From Klebsormidium nitens (lineage: Eukaryota; Plantae; Klebsormidiophyceae): 64,000 nucleotides of DNA. A program made the translations under genes and the position numbers. The notes beneath the pieces were generated by a model. It had not been told where the DNA came from. It saw only the letters and a program-made list of their open reading frames with translations, and did no database searches. Shown here in pieces: positions 48,865-60,881 of this stretch. The stretch's first letter is position 1; the number at the start of each line of letters is the position of its first letter. Location of the stretch: positions 1-64,000 of the forward strand of contig DF237344.1 of NCBI GenBank assembly GCA_000708835.1. Reading direction: 5' to 3'.

Positions 48865-51800
48865 TCATTTCCTCGCTCTCATGGCTCTCAAAAAAGCGAT
48901 CGCAGCTAGAGGTCCAACGATGCCCAGGGCCGCCAGCGCCACTGCAGAGACCTCTCTCCCCTCCTGCTCAGGGTTGGGCTGCTTATCCAGTTGAAGCGCC
49001 TCCAGCTTCTTCTCGTACTGCGTCGGCACGTGCCCTTCAGGCCCCTGCCTAAGAGCACCGAAAGACGGGATATAAGTCCATTGTGCAAGAAAGATAGTCG
49101 AAGAAGCAGAATAACCTTTGATTTTATCAAACTCCGATGGGCGAGAATGGGCGAGAAAGTCGTCACTCTAAAGCAATCGGATGAACTGACTCTTCAAGAA
49201 GCGGGTTACCTCGACCCAATCGCGTGGGTGATGGTCCCTTATGAGATTTCGCGTTTTAATAGGCTGCTGTCATAATGGATTCTCCCCTCAATCACACACT
49301 TGGGACGGCACCCGATGATCTGCAATCAATACTGATACAGCAACAGTGCTTCTGATATTTCACGAGATTCTTACGGACGTCATGGGTAGACTCTACTGCA
49401 ACGACGTTCCTATAGTAGAGCTCTGAAACACCCACCTTCCTGTCGGATGCCGCCCGCTCGAAATTCCTCTCTGTCTGATCCGCAGCGTCGCCTGCCCTCT
49501 TCACTCCCTTGGCAATCGCCTCCGCGCCCTTGTCGCTTCCACGCTGGATGCCCTCTCCCACCCTGAAGAAAGGTTACCAGCTTTCAAAGATCGAATAGCA
49601 ACGACCGGAGTAGAGCCAAATGCGGACACTTCAGGATAAGTCGAAAATTTTGCAGACGAACGAAATGCAACGACGAACACTTGTAGGACTTAACGGTCTT
49701 TGAAAAGGGAATTGCACAAGTGCCGATGAGTCCGCTTTTTAAGCACCTTAGAACGCAATATGCTTGAAGTATAGCCAAAGACAGAGACAAGAAGGGCGGA
49801 GATTTGGCTCGGGAAAGGCTAGTTGTGCCGGAAGCCTAGGCTAACACGTTTTCTCAGCATGCGAAGTGCTCGTTGTAGCAGAGAAGACGAGCCAACCTCA
49901 AACTCCGTTATATACCTCTACATTAAGATTGAGCGATTATTACAAAACTCAGGGCGACCTTTGGCTCTCAAATCAAAGCAAAGATTGGCTTTGTTAGGGT
50001 AGAATTCCGCGATTTCCTACGTATCGACCACATTGTAACGCCACAATCGAGGAGGGATCATTGACAAAATACTCTGAGACAAACCAGTAACCACCCACCT
50101 CTCTCCGGCGTTCCTGGTGGCCTCCTTTGCCGCCCGCGCATACTCTCCTGCACGCGTAGCCACCGCATCCGCCTCCTCGTTCACTCCACGCTTCAGACGC
50201 TCGTACCCCTCCTTCAAATCCCGATCAGCCGCGTCGAACTTGGCCCTCGACTCGGGGTCCAGTTTCTCTTCCTTCTTATCCCCGCCCAACCAGTTGAACC
50301 ACCCCTTCGCCTCCTCCTTCCCCTGTGCGTACTCCCGCCGGCCCTCGTCTCTCGCCCCGCGCACCGCCCCCCTGGCGCGATCGGCAGTCTCCTCAGCACT
50401 GTCTCCGGCACGTCGCACCGCCCCCCGGGTGCGGTCGGCGGTTTCCTCGGCACGGTCCCCGGCGCCCCGGAACGCCCGCTCCGTCCGCTCTTTGGCCGAC
50501 TCGTACGTCTCCCGCGCGTCCTCCTTGGTCTCGCGCCACCCGCGCTCGACCGAGCGCTTCGCGTCCTCCGCACGTCTGCTGACGTCGTCGATGCCGCGGC
50601 TGACGTCATCCTTGGCCCGGCCGTACTGCTCGCGCGCCTTGTCCTCCCCTTCCTCCACCTTGTTCTTGCCCCACCCCAGCCACGAGTTCGCCGCCTCCTT
50701 CGTCTTGTCGGCCGCCTCCCGGGTCTTCTCTCTCGGCTCCTCAGTGTCTCTCTTAACCGCGTCAACTCGGCCGCTAACCTTGTCCCTCACTTGGTCGTGC
50801 GTCCCCTGCGCATCCTCCTTAATCTCCTCGTAACCCTCCTTGACCCGCTCCTCCCCTTCGCGCACCTTGCCCTTGCCCCACCCCAGCCACGACCCCGCCG
50901 CGTCCGTAGCCTCACGCGCCTTCCCGCTGACGTCATCCCGGCCCCTGTTGATGTCATTGCGGGCCCGATTGACGTCATCCCTGACGTCGTCGGCTTTGTC
51001 CTTGGCGCGGCCGATCACGCGGTCGTAGACGTCCTCGGTTTTGTGAGCCACCTCCCCGATCGCGCTCTTGGTCTTCTCCTTGGCAGTCTCGAGGCCGTGC
51101 TCGATGGAGCGGTCCGCCTCCTCGACCTTCTCCTTCGTCCAGCCCAACCAGCTCTTACCTGGAGAGGGAAAAAAGTAGGGTTTAAAGTCTGAAGTTGGTA
51201 CCATCATTTTCGTAAGCACAGGAGGTGCTTAAAAGTTAGGCTTGAGCTCCGGCGAGTCGAAACTCGCTGCAAGCAAGATATAGGGAAGGATTTCGGGGAA
51301 GGAGGCTTGCAGAAACTTGCAGAACGGGATTACATTAGCGTAACCGGGAAGCACCTTGCAAACACTGATGGAGAAAACTCGTCTACGTTTCCGTTTTCAA
51401 CAAAGAAGGATACAAGACACGGAATTCCAAATGAGCACGAACATACACCTCTAGCTGTCATCTCGTCTCATAAATTTAGGGGCGCTTTTCCCTCCTGACA
51501 TGGTTTCGTCAGGTTTGCTGCAGTGCCTGGACTCCCAACTGACGTTGAAACATCACACAAAGCCAGCACAGATGTTTTCCAATTTTGGAGAGCCGCACTA
51601 GCAACAACAAATGACTCTAAATAATAACTGTGCTGCAAGAAATTGGATGAAGGCTGCCCTGGAGATGCTCTTGGAACGGGAAACAAAAGTGGACTCAAAA
51701 TTAACTTGACATTCACCAAGGAAGGAAGAACAAACAATGGTCAACGCCACACCGAATGTAGTGCCAATCGACCAGACCTACCCTTCGTTGAGAAGCTTTC

Positions 51801-53842
51801 ATTCCTCGAGTGTGTCAACATGTAAACCTATGTCCAACAAAGCAGCAGAAGTTGATCTCACCGCTCTCCTCAGCCCTGCGCGTGGCATCACGTGTGGCCT
51901 CCCTCCCTTCATCCACCTTCCTCTGACCCTCCTGAGCTGTGCGGTCCACATACTCCTGCAGCCTGTCACTGGCAGCCCTGGCACCGGTGGGAATGGGGGG
52001 GCGACCATCGTGTCTGTCCTGGTACCCCTGGAAAAGGTGGAAGAGTTTTGGAAATTAGTTACTTACGTTTTGAGAAATCCTTGATAACAGCACGTTTGGA
52101 CAAGATGCAAAAGCTTGCAGGTTAGTAGCTTGTGTTTTGTGGACGCTCACAAAGAATCCCCTGGGGAGATTATGCACCTGGAATGATCCTTGCTCAGAAG
52201 AAGGGACCAAAGCAACGTTGCTCATGGAGGAGCAGGTCAGATAATGCGGTCTGGCAGCCTTGCACGGAGATAGACATCACATTTCTGACAAACTATAGGA
52301 GGTCATGATAGAGCTACACCTTGGAAGTGGAAAATTGTGTCAAAAGAATGGGTTACGTATGACAAGGGAAGCCACTGGAGCAACTTCTGGCAGACTCAAC
52401 TGCACTCACAGTGTTGATTGTAGGACACAACACAAAATCCTTTCAATCCTAAAGAGTTTATTTAACTTTTTCGAGTGCTTGATTCAAGTCAAAGTTGACC
52501 ATTATGGAGAAGATGATCATCAGCATCAATTGACATCCTGGTTAATTTAGTCAATCAGACGAGAACCAAGCCTGCTTGCTGTCTTACCTGGAGTGCAGGT
52601 GTATCAGATCCAGCTCCATACTTCTGAGCATCAGGGGTGGTCTTTGTCCTCAAGACTCTCTTTGCATCCTCGCCAATTTCCTTGCTCTCTGCTTCCCACT
52701 GACGGCCCGTCTTTACAACAGCGTCACGCGCAGTCTCCTTGAACTCCTCAACCTTCTCCCTGAAGCGCTCTCCCATCTTCTGGGTGGCCTCTTGTTGCCT
52801 GCACGACATTGAGGATTGCATGATTCGAAGCACCATCCTAAGCGTTTAGCTTAAATCTCACCATCATTGACCATCTGTAGCGTTGCTCAAAAATGGACTT
52901 GCTAGTTCCTTTACTGACAATGCATTCGCTTCTTTTCAAAACTCACAACCGCACTCGCATTCTCCATATAAGATAAATGCATGAAGAGACAGCTAAAGTA
53001 GCTGGCTAGATGTGAAAATCACCCTGGTGAGTTGAACAACACGTCATGCTCAACATCCAACTTCCACATTTTTTTTCCCTCGATATGACTTACATGAAAT
53101 GACCAAGTTGGCCAACTTTAGGATGCAATGAATGACATGCTACAGCTACACAGCTTTGTGCCACCATCCTTTTTGAAATATTGCATGCACTGAAGTCTCA
53201 CATCACTGCCTTTCTAAAGCAACCCCCTACTATGGCCTGTGACAAAAATCTGTTCCTGGTGTGATATGGCAGAAAACCTGAAGGTTGTGTGATATTGCAA
53301 CATCACCTCAGGTTTGTAAGAAAGCTTAAACTCACTTAAAGGCAAAAACGCAACCTGAAATGCATGATGTGCATGCGAGCACAACAGGTCGTAAACCATG
53401 GCAGCTTAACTTGCCAAGAGTAGGGGACGTCTGCTAACAGTTCAACCTGTTCCTTCTTTTCAATGAAAATATAAGCTTCATTGAACAATACCAGCAGCAA
53501 TGCTGATAGGTTAACCAACTGCATTTTCCTTTTCAGAACGTTGAGTACTCACTCTCTGGGGATGTCGTCGCTCTGCATGTGAGACGGAAGCCCTGCTCCC
53601 ATCCCAGTCTTCTCCGAACCATACCTTCCGCGGGCCCTCTGAAACTCCTGATACTGTGCTCTGTCCCACTCATTCCTCACACGAGCTCTGTCATCCCGTC
53701 TCGCGTTCCAAGTCCAGAATGGATCGCCAGTGACCTTCCGCACCTTCTCCTCATACATGCGAATCTTCACCTCGTCTGGAGGGTTTCCCTCTTCAAAGGA
53801 CGGTGGACGAGACGCTGACGGCACGGATTGCTGCTGCCCCAT
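48865..53842 (-). CDS. LEA-like hydrophilic repeat protein with predicted C-terminal membrane anchor, about 677 aa, 6 exons
   Basis: Exons 53842-53553, 52798-52588, 52027-51862, 51158-50099, 49562-49436, 49044-48865 with consistent phases. D/E/K/R/A/G-rich helical repeats (AGDRAEETADRTRGAVRR / AGDSAEETADRARGAVRG), repeated SWLGW, and a hydrophobic tail VSAVALAALGIVGPLAAIAFL followed by RAMRARK. Confidence 0.75.
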
Positions 53843-54087
53843 GATGACAGGCGTTGATGCTCGTCTCGAGGAACAATTGAGAGGCGACTAACGATAAGTT
53901 TGTCTCCTGAAAGAGGTCTGCTAACGTTGACTAAGTTACAGCACACCAATTGCTGAACCCTTCGCAGGATTTGCTCTGCAATGTGCTGTAGATCCTTCTC
54001 TCAAATGGAGAAATGCTGCCGAAGTTTTGCGCCATTGCCAGCTCTGCAACTTTCCGCCCTGAGCCAAGCTGCCAGATGGCACGTCCT

Positions 54088-54137
54088 CGTGACACGTGGC
54101 ATTAAGTCGCGCGCTTGCGATCGTTCCACGTGTCACG
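54088..54137. promoter_or_regulatory. Inverted pair of G-box/ABRE elements in the divergent LEA-like/PP2C intergenic region
   Basis: CGTGACACGTGG (54088-54099) and its exact reverse complement CCACGTGTCACG (54126-54137), 26-bp spacer. Function is inferred, and the motif is common elsewhere in the window. Confidence 0.45.
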
Positions 54138-54791
54138 GGGAATCTGCCCGGTGAGAATCAACTTTTTCCGACGATGCAAAGCGGCGAAGTCGACCGGGCG
54201 CTTTCAGAAGCCAGGCGCACGCCCTTCCCGAGGTATCTAAAGCCCGGAGGATAGTCTACCGGGTGAGGGTTCGGGGGACAGATTGATGGGGCACGTCACC
54301 GCGGTTTAGCCAATCAGGGACAGCTGGAATCCCAACAGATCATGCAGTGTGAATACGCGAAGGCTTTTTCAGGGTTCCCCGCACTTTTTGGGTCACGAGG
54401 TACAAACCACACTCCAACCAGGATTTATATCTCGCATCTCTGACACTGCTTGTGCTTGTTTTCCGGCTTCTTTGTTACAAAATTCTAGAAGTGTGTCAAG
54501 GCTCCTCGACGATACGGTTGGGAAACAGTCTGGAAGGTTTCGTTGACAACCTGGCTGGAAGTTGAATGATGAAGCAACTTTGGCGAAGGAAGCGAGAAAG
54601 GGCGCTATCTTTCTAGCTAAGCTAGGGCAAAGCTTGGCGCAAAGCACATGCTGAACAGCATCAAAAACTGGTAAAGCCAAGTGGAAAAGTGTGGCTACCA
54701 AGCAAGAAAAAGGAGGAAAAGTGCAAATTGGATTTATTGTATGACCGACAAAAACCAGGGGCAGCCGCTTTGCTGGAATAGATGGGCAAGC

Positions 54792-57700
54792 ATGGTTCCT
54801 GACACTGACGCCCTGTCAGACCAGCCGTCAGAATTCACTCCAGGGATCGTAACCACAGAGACAAGCCCCTTTGCCGTAATCAAAAGGCAGGTCCGCTCAA
54901 GTCTGCTCTCATCAGGAGCTTTACCAACAGGGGGCATTCACTCAAGCGGGGGCGCACTTTCGGGGCCAACTACAAAGACTTTAGTGAAAGATTTCCAAAT
55001 CGGCATCGTTGCTGAACCCCGGTGGGAGGTGCGTGAGCCGGAGATCATCGTGATTGAGGACTTTGAGGATGGGGCCGCGCCTCCGCTGACATCAAAGATG
55101 ACATCAGCGGGCACGTCGCTGGAGGTTGGGTCTGGTAATGGGACCAGACAACAGTATGGGATGCAGGATGGAGGAAGCAGCGCAGACTTGCGAGCGGGGC
55201 CCTACAGAGCTGGCTGTTTACCAGATGGAACAGCTGCAGAAGTGGAAGACCTTTCACCTCAGCCAATTGCAGGGCCCCAGGACACGGTTGAGAGACTTTT
55301 GGAAGCGGCGCGCGTGCTCGAGCGCGCTTTCTCTGGGATGGGGGACGGCGACGCGCGGTGCATTGATGGGAGAATACAGGGCCCACAGCTGTCTGACCCG
55401 GTCGTCGTTCACAGCTCAGGTGGTTTGGTTAACCCAGAGGGGTTTATAGGGTTTGGGGTTGCTTTGGGCAAGCCGGGAGGTTTGGAGCCTTCGATGACGT
55501 TAAGCCGGGGCGTTCTGGAGCGGTTGCAGCGGGGCGACGATGACATCAGCTCGGGGACGAGCGGCATCGGCACTCCCAGCTCAGGAGAGTCAGAACCAGA
55601 GCTCGAACCACTCTCTGCCGGCCCCGCCCCTTCCTACCAGCTGCCCAGCACGCTAGGCGCGGGCGCCGTAAACCCTAACCGCCCCCCCGCTAAGCTGCGC
55701 CACGCGAGCGCCCCCGCATTCTCGATCGCTTCCAACTTCAGAGCAGGAGCGGTGTTTGCTCAGGCGAGTGTCGGTGAGGGGCCGGAATCGGAGGAGCGTG
55801 TTGCGAGCGGGGCAGCCGCGTCTAGTTCTGTGGAAGCGGGAGGGCATGTTCATGCGCCGTGGCGGCCGCGTCGGCCCCCCCGCCCATCTTCTGCCACAGT
55901 TACCAGGAGTCAGAGCCTGCGAGTGCTCAGTGATACGTCTAGTGATTCGGGCCAAGTGAGTGGGCAGCCAATCCTAGTTGTACCTTTGGGTTGGCCAGCT
56001 TGTGTTGCTGAACGGCCCTCGTAGGTCGGCCGGTTCTGACAAACGCGCTGAGTCAGTTCTTGGCAGAGTTTTCAGAATCTGGTGAAGGTTCTGGTTTGCG
56101 GCGAAGCGTCTCTTTATCATCTGAAAGCTTTTGGTGTGTTATTTTATCTGGAATACAGTTTTAGCTCCAGAGCTTCTGCAGGGTTGCCGCAGGGGTCTCT
56201 GTTGCGGCATGCAAAAGGATTAGCTTGGTCCTTGCAGCTCAATCAAGCGTCTGTAGGGCTTGAGAATTCCAGCAGCCGGCCTCATAGTTCCACAGCTGTG
56301 GTTGAATACTTGGAGCTCTTTCATTTTTGCACGTTTAGAGGGCCTTGTGATCACTTTCGCAAGCAAGGGAAAGAGCTAATCTGGGCTTGTTTGGCACTTG
56401 CATGTGTTGATTTCTTTCAACTCTTTGCTTCTTCTATGTCTTGAAAGTCAAGGACCTACCGAGGGATGCTGGTGCTATGAAAGAGGCCATCAAGCTTCTC
56501 GCTTGGGAGCTGAGTTTCACTGGTTGTGCTGTGAATAGGGGGTGGTGCTTCATTGAGCTCTTTTTTGTGCACTTGGCCTGCTTTAGAAGTCCCCATCGTC
56601 AATGCCCCTAAGATTTGATTGTGGCTGCCTTTGGTAACCTGTTGATTCTGGAAGCTGAGTAAGCCGTGCTAGATTGGAAATGGCCACTTTTTTCGGCAGT
56701 GCTTGCAATTATGTGAGAATTGCTTTTTATGATGTGACTTTTCTTCACATCATAAGTTTAATTCAGTTTACTTCTACTTGTCCTTGAGGGCTTAGAGGGT
56801 TGGTCATGAAGATTACAAACACCGTTCACTTCCTTCTTACGCTTCGGTCTTGTATCAAGTTCCAAGTTGTGGATTGCATTGTCTTGTATCGTGTGGTTTG
56901 CAATTCCCTCTTTACACATGCCTTCAGATTTTTCATGACAGTTTCCAAAACATATGGGGCCCTTCTGTGATTAACTTGGATCTGGCAAAACTTTGATTGA
57001 ACAAGATTCACAGTACTCTGATAGTCACTTCATTTAAGCAACCAGGTATACAAAACTGACCGATCTGCTTCTCCTTTCCTCTCTAGAACTCCCCCAACCC
57101 GGAAACTTTCGGCGGCTTCGACGAGCTCCGTGAGGCGTCCCTCTCCCCGGACATTCCACCCTTGTCTCCAACCCCGCCCTCATACATTCCCTCGGTCCGT
57201 TCTGGCGCCTTCGCCAGCATCGGCTCCCGGCCCCAGATGGAAGACGCGCACCTCACCCTCAATGACATCAGCGAGCTGCTAGGATCGCGCCACCTGGCGC
57301 CCTCAGGGCCAGCCGCATTCTTTGGCGTGTTTGACGGGCATGGCGGCCGGGACGCGGCAGACTATGCCGAGAAGCACTTGCTGGAGAATTTGTTGGGGGA
57401 TGGGGGGTTTCCGGGAGACGTGCACGGGGCGCTTGTGCGGTCGTTTCTGCAGACGGACAAGGGGTTCCACCGCGCGTGTCTGGATGAGAAGGTCGAGCAC
57501 TCGGGGACGACGGCTCTCACAGCGCTCGTTTTTGGGAGGTGAGCAGGATTGCGCCATCAAGGAGTTTGACTATGGCCTCTTCAAGACGGACTTGCGGAGG
57601 GTTCCTGATGTATTGCTTGTTCTTTAGAGAGACAAAAGTCACTGGAAAAGCAGTTCTGCGGACCTGGTTGTTGAGGGTTTCGAAGCGAGGAAGAACCGCT

Positions 57701-58999
57701 CAGTAGGCAGATGCTGAAAAATGGCTGGAGTCTCGATTTCTAAGTCCGGGCTTGTACTTCAACCTTCCGCTGCAGAACGCCTTTGTCAAATGGCAAGCAC
57801 GTGCAGTCTACCCCTTGCAATCGTCACATGCTCACATGCATCAAATGTGTAGACGCAGAGCAGACGTTCCGTCTTTTGAAACTCACAGCAAAATCTGAGG
57901 CCGACCTCCTCTAAAGTCTTTTTCTTGAGAAGCTAGTAGCCTGCTGTCTATCCACGAATTGCAGATAGGAGGTCAACTTCCCCTCCGACGTATATTACCA
58001 GACAGAGATTGACTCTGGTCTTCTCTCATTGGTTGCAGGACGTTGGTGGTTGCAAACGCGGGTGACTGCCGTGCGGTGCTGTGCCAGAAGGGGCGGACGG
58101 TTGAGATGTCGCGGGACCAGAAGCCAGGGTGTGAGGTCGAGAGAAAACGAATCATTGCAAAGGGGGGATACGTGGAGGACGGGTATTTGAACGGGCAACT
58201 AGGCGTGGCTCGCGCGATCGGGAACTGGCACATGGAGGACTTCAAAGTGAAGGGACAGCTGACGGCGGAGCCGGAAGTGAAGGTGAGGTCGGGTTCTGGA
58301 TAGGGTTCGAAATTGAGTTCGGTGGGGTTGAACACATTTTCCTTTTCCATGTTTCGCCATCTTAAGAGACTCTATGAGGATGTCGAAAACCACGTAGTTT
58401 CGGATTGTACTGGATGTAGCATACGAAAAGTGACGGGCTATGGCAAGGAACAGGTCGTTCTTTCTGCACACGCGTTTGCTAATTTGAAATCTTGTTTGTT
58501 CCGCTTGCATCATACAGCAAATGTACAACCCCTGCTTTCAGTTGCGCGAGCCAGATTGAGTCTTGCTTATCTTGTCGTAGCCATCATTGAGCTTAATGAG
58601 CTTGGCCGTGTCTTACTTGGACCCTTACATTCCTCAGCACTGCCAAGCAGGTTCGGATGTTGACGCCCCCCCCTCGTTTGTAACTAGGTGTGGGAGCTGG
58701 GCCACGAGGACGAGTTCCTGATTTTGGGCTGCGACGGACTATGGGACGTCATCAGCAGCCGCATGGCCGTCGATTTGGCGCGGAAACGGTTGCAGCAGCA
58801 CAACGATCCCGTGCGCTGCTCGCAAGAACTGGTGGAAGAGGCGCTCAAGCGGCAGACGAGCGACAACGTCACGGTGGTAACGATCTGTTTCCAGAGGGAT
58901 CCCCCTCCGCGGCTGACCACGGCGGCGCCGGTGGGCGTGCGGCGGAGCATATCGGTCGACAGTCTGCGCGCGCTCCAGGAGAAGCTCGACAGGTGTTGA
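54792..58999 (+). CDS. PP2C/PPM protein phosphatase with a long disordered N-terminal extension, about 723 aa, 4 exons
   Basis: Exons 54792-55955, 57087-57538, 58039-58282, 58688-58999. Motifs IGSRPQMEDAH, FFGVFDGHGG, VANAGDCRAV, LGVARAIGNW, ILGCDGLWDV, TSDNVTVV. Exon 1 and the start are less certain than the catalytic exons. Resembles plant clade G PP2Cs as recalled. Confidence 0.88.
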
Positions 59000-60881
59000 C
59001 GCTGAAGAGGGGGACACGTGGCAGAAGAAATGGTGCACCACATGGCTATTTGGGGGGGAGGGGGTCTTGGGGGGTGGACAAATGGCACTAGGATAGGATA
59101 GAGAGTTCAGAATGGAGCTTGAGGACGGTTTCTAAAGAGAACTTGACGTTTGACACTTCGAAAACAAGCTTACAATCAGTCGAGGACAGGTTTTGATCAA
59201 GGGCAGGTTTTTAAGTCTGGGATGGGGTTCCGATCAAGGTCGATCAGAGGGTGGGGTTTAGGGCAGGTTTGACGAGCAAAGTGAGTGTAAAGTTTGGCGT
59301 CAGGAAGTGACACATCTGTACATGGTAGTGATTGCTGCTACAGGTCTTTTGAGATAGAGTTTCTTGTGAGTTGAATCCTAGTTCAGAAGCAAGTATACAT
59401 CAAGGGAAAGCAGACGCTTGGACCCTCCTTCAATCGAGCCTAGCTAGGCACGTATTGTATTCTGAGACATGAAGGAGACTGTTAATCGGACATCTGTCCA
59501 CAAAGGTCGTTTCATCAAATTTGTATCGAGTTGGAATCATGTAATTTGAATGGACCAGGATTCACATGAGCGTGAATTTGGCATCCCAACAACCACGTTT
59601 TATATGTCTAATTACAGATGATCGATATCATTCGGCATGTGTACGATCACTTACATGATGTATTTATAAAACGATACAACCCATGCAATCGTTTATTTTT
59701 AACGCATTGAATGTGGCTCATGTCATCCGACGGAACTGCTGCTGGGTGCAATTGCCTTGTCACAGTCGATGGCGCATGGGCTTTGGAAGTAGCGCCCTTG
59801 CGATCTCGTGCGTTCTGGCAACATATGAACTGGCACATGTCGATGACGGTGTCGATCGTCACTTAGTAAGCCTTGTATGATCATTGACTGTGACGTAGCT
59901 GGACAATCAAGTGGTCTAGCACGGTCGACGCGCCCTCCATGGGCCAATGCATGACGAATATCTGCAATTTCAGATTGACGGTCCACATGCTGGACGTTGG
60001 ATCATACTTGCTTTTTGTCGGAGAACAAATGATTCACGCAGTTCATCTGATCCTTTCTGGAGCTATCGCGGAATAAACGCGCATTTTTCGGTGGCTGGCC
60101 TGATCAGAAGAAGCTGGCAGCCCCAATGTGACAAACTCGTACATCGAGTTTTGGAGCTATCTCTTGAAAAGTTCAACTGGATTCAGTGTTCTAGCCGCCC
60201 CTTTCTGGGCACCAATTCGCAGGAAAGCCGTCCAGGTACTCACATTTCTTTTCACGGCCTTGCAAGATCGAGGTTCCTGGAGCGATGAATTACGAGCAAG
60301 CCACTTATGTCCGCTCAAACTGGACACGATCCACCAGGATCTCGCCAAAGATTGTGGAAAGCCGCTTATGCGACTCAGCTCTTCAATCTTCATCACGCAG
60401 GGCCTGCAATCCATTGGTTTGAAGGGCAGTAGCAAAAGCCCAACGTTCGACGATGATGCAGCCAGGATCTCCGCAAGTCGCATCCCAGACCCCGGAATGA
60501 AGTTGTTTTAGGCTCAGCAGCCAATATCTACGGTTGCAAACGACTGTTAATGGTAGCAGCAAACTGAACGTCCGGAAAGGAAGTACCTATATGGAAACAT
60601 TCAGGTTTCATTGTTCTGGCAGATGTCACCCTATAGCTGTACAAGCTCGTTCTGAGGTCGTCTCAAGGAGCAAACAGGACCTCGTGAGCCCACACTCCTG
60701 GCGGGCGCTTATGGCTTTTACATACACAAACTGTAATCAAACATAGCAATTTCGTCTTTTCTTGGCTGTTTTGCTGGACGTCAGGAGTTTTGAACGGCAG
60801 GAGTATTGTAGCCCCGTCCCCTGGAAAACGAACAGGTGTAACGAACTGCGCCAGTTAGGGCGTCCTCAAGGCCACGTGTCT

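Noticed and set aside
50117-50833. 238-aa + strand S/A/R-rich ORF
   Set aside because: Antisense shadow of the LEA-like repeat exon.
60128-60511. Overlapping 100-130 aa ORFs downstream of PP2C
   Set aside because: Non-ATG starts, no motifs, and no splice link to neighbouring genes.
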